From assembly GCA_963845065.1 (NCBI GenBank), contig CAWJQQ010000001.1, positions 64,001 through 128,000 on the forward strand: a stretch of DNA of 64,000 nt, in the 5' to 3' direction. Below the pieces are notes generated by a model. That model was not told where the DNA came from and made no database searches. It saw only the letters and a program-made list of their open reading frames with translations. This DNA comes from Nitrospirota bacterium. Lineage in GTDB: Bacteria; Nitrospirota; UBA9217. Positions 63,196 to 64,000 of the stretch are shown here, piece by piece. Position numbers and translations under genes: made by a program. Within the stretch, counting starts at the first letter, position 1, and each line of letters begins with the position of its first letter.

Positions 63196-64000
63196 TACTA
63201 TTATAACACCAAATCCTCCGGAACAGATTTCGGATGAACATGATCGTACTTCTCCTCATCCACCTTCCTTGAACAGAAAGATCAGATTCTCGTTGCCATG
63301 ACCATATCATTGCTTAGGTCTTATGGTTATTAACTAGCCCCAAGTGGCCCACGACGTGGGCAACAAAGATGCTGATAACTTGTGTTCAGTTTCTTGTCAG
63401 TAAAGCTATATGCCATGATTAATCTATATTCACTCAGACGAGACGGCAAAGACGTAGCAGGACATTAAGATCAGTTTTACAAGAGCCATGCAGAAGCTAC
63501 ACAATATCATCACCTTATCCTCCTCGCTTCTGACATTTTGTCTATCTTGTAGAATGAACAGTGAAGAGATTATGACTAGACGAACATAGTGCCGCGCATC
63601 CCCGATGGCCTCAACCTCGGCACCATATCCCGCCTCCCGTGGCTCTGCTTGTTCTACAAAAGGCTCGAAACTGGATTTGAATCGCGCTGTAGTTTTAGAT
63701 CTGGCACTCTCCCACGCCCTCTCCGCTAATGCCTGATGGTAGATCAGACCATGGGCTTAGTTGCTTATATTCAGCCGGGCCATGAGCGCCAGATGCAAAA
63801 AGAGGGCATAAGCAAATATGCAGAGGGAAGTTATGTAGAAAACACTTAATCGGACTTGCCATACGAACTTTCCGCAGCCCATTGCCTCTAGGAATAAAAA
63901 GCAGCCTCCCTCATAATTTGCTATTTGATATAATCATATATATTCAGCGAGAGAGAGTGGTGTCATGATGAAACGCGTCAGCATCTGTGCATTTGAGGCG

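Overview
An accessory/island region of a bacterial genome. The deltaproteobacterial-type GEMM-I riboswitch suggests a Nitrospirota/Desulfobacterota-like host (inference). Recognisable cargo: recQ, an intact IS200/IS605 (tnpA+tnpB), a complete Wadjet jetABCD operon, seven type II toxin-antitoxin modules, patatin, a PAS-GGDEF cyclase, USP, an ECF sigma/Spy/PCuAC group, aceB-aceA, integron gene cassettes with attC sites but no intI, a repeat-rich lipoprotein cluster under a predicted cGAMP-type riboswitch, an integrase+Y2-transposase element, an IS1380 with TIRs and TSD, and many gene fragments. The main unexplained structure is a set of 13 co-oriented non-coding units that punctuate the window between cargo blocks. 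They read as tRNA-anticodon-type tyrosine-integrase att sites. Five 'B' units contain a core, a degenerate tRNA-fMet 3' half, an IHF-like box and 2-3 ATCAGGACAG arm repeats. Eight 'A' units contain (mostly) a degenerate tRNA fragment, 2 inverted arm repeats, an IHF-like box and a core CCTTGGGG-N7-CCCGAAGG whose 7-bp spacer differs in every copy. This suggests an integron-like gene-accretion array driven in trans by a tRNA-targeting integrase not present in the window. All alignments were done by eye.
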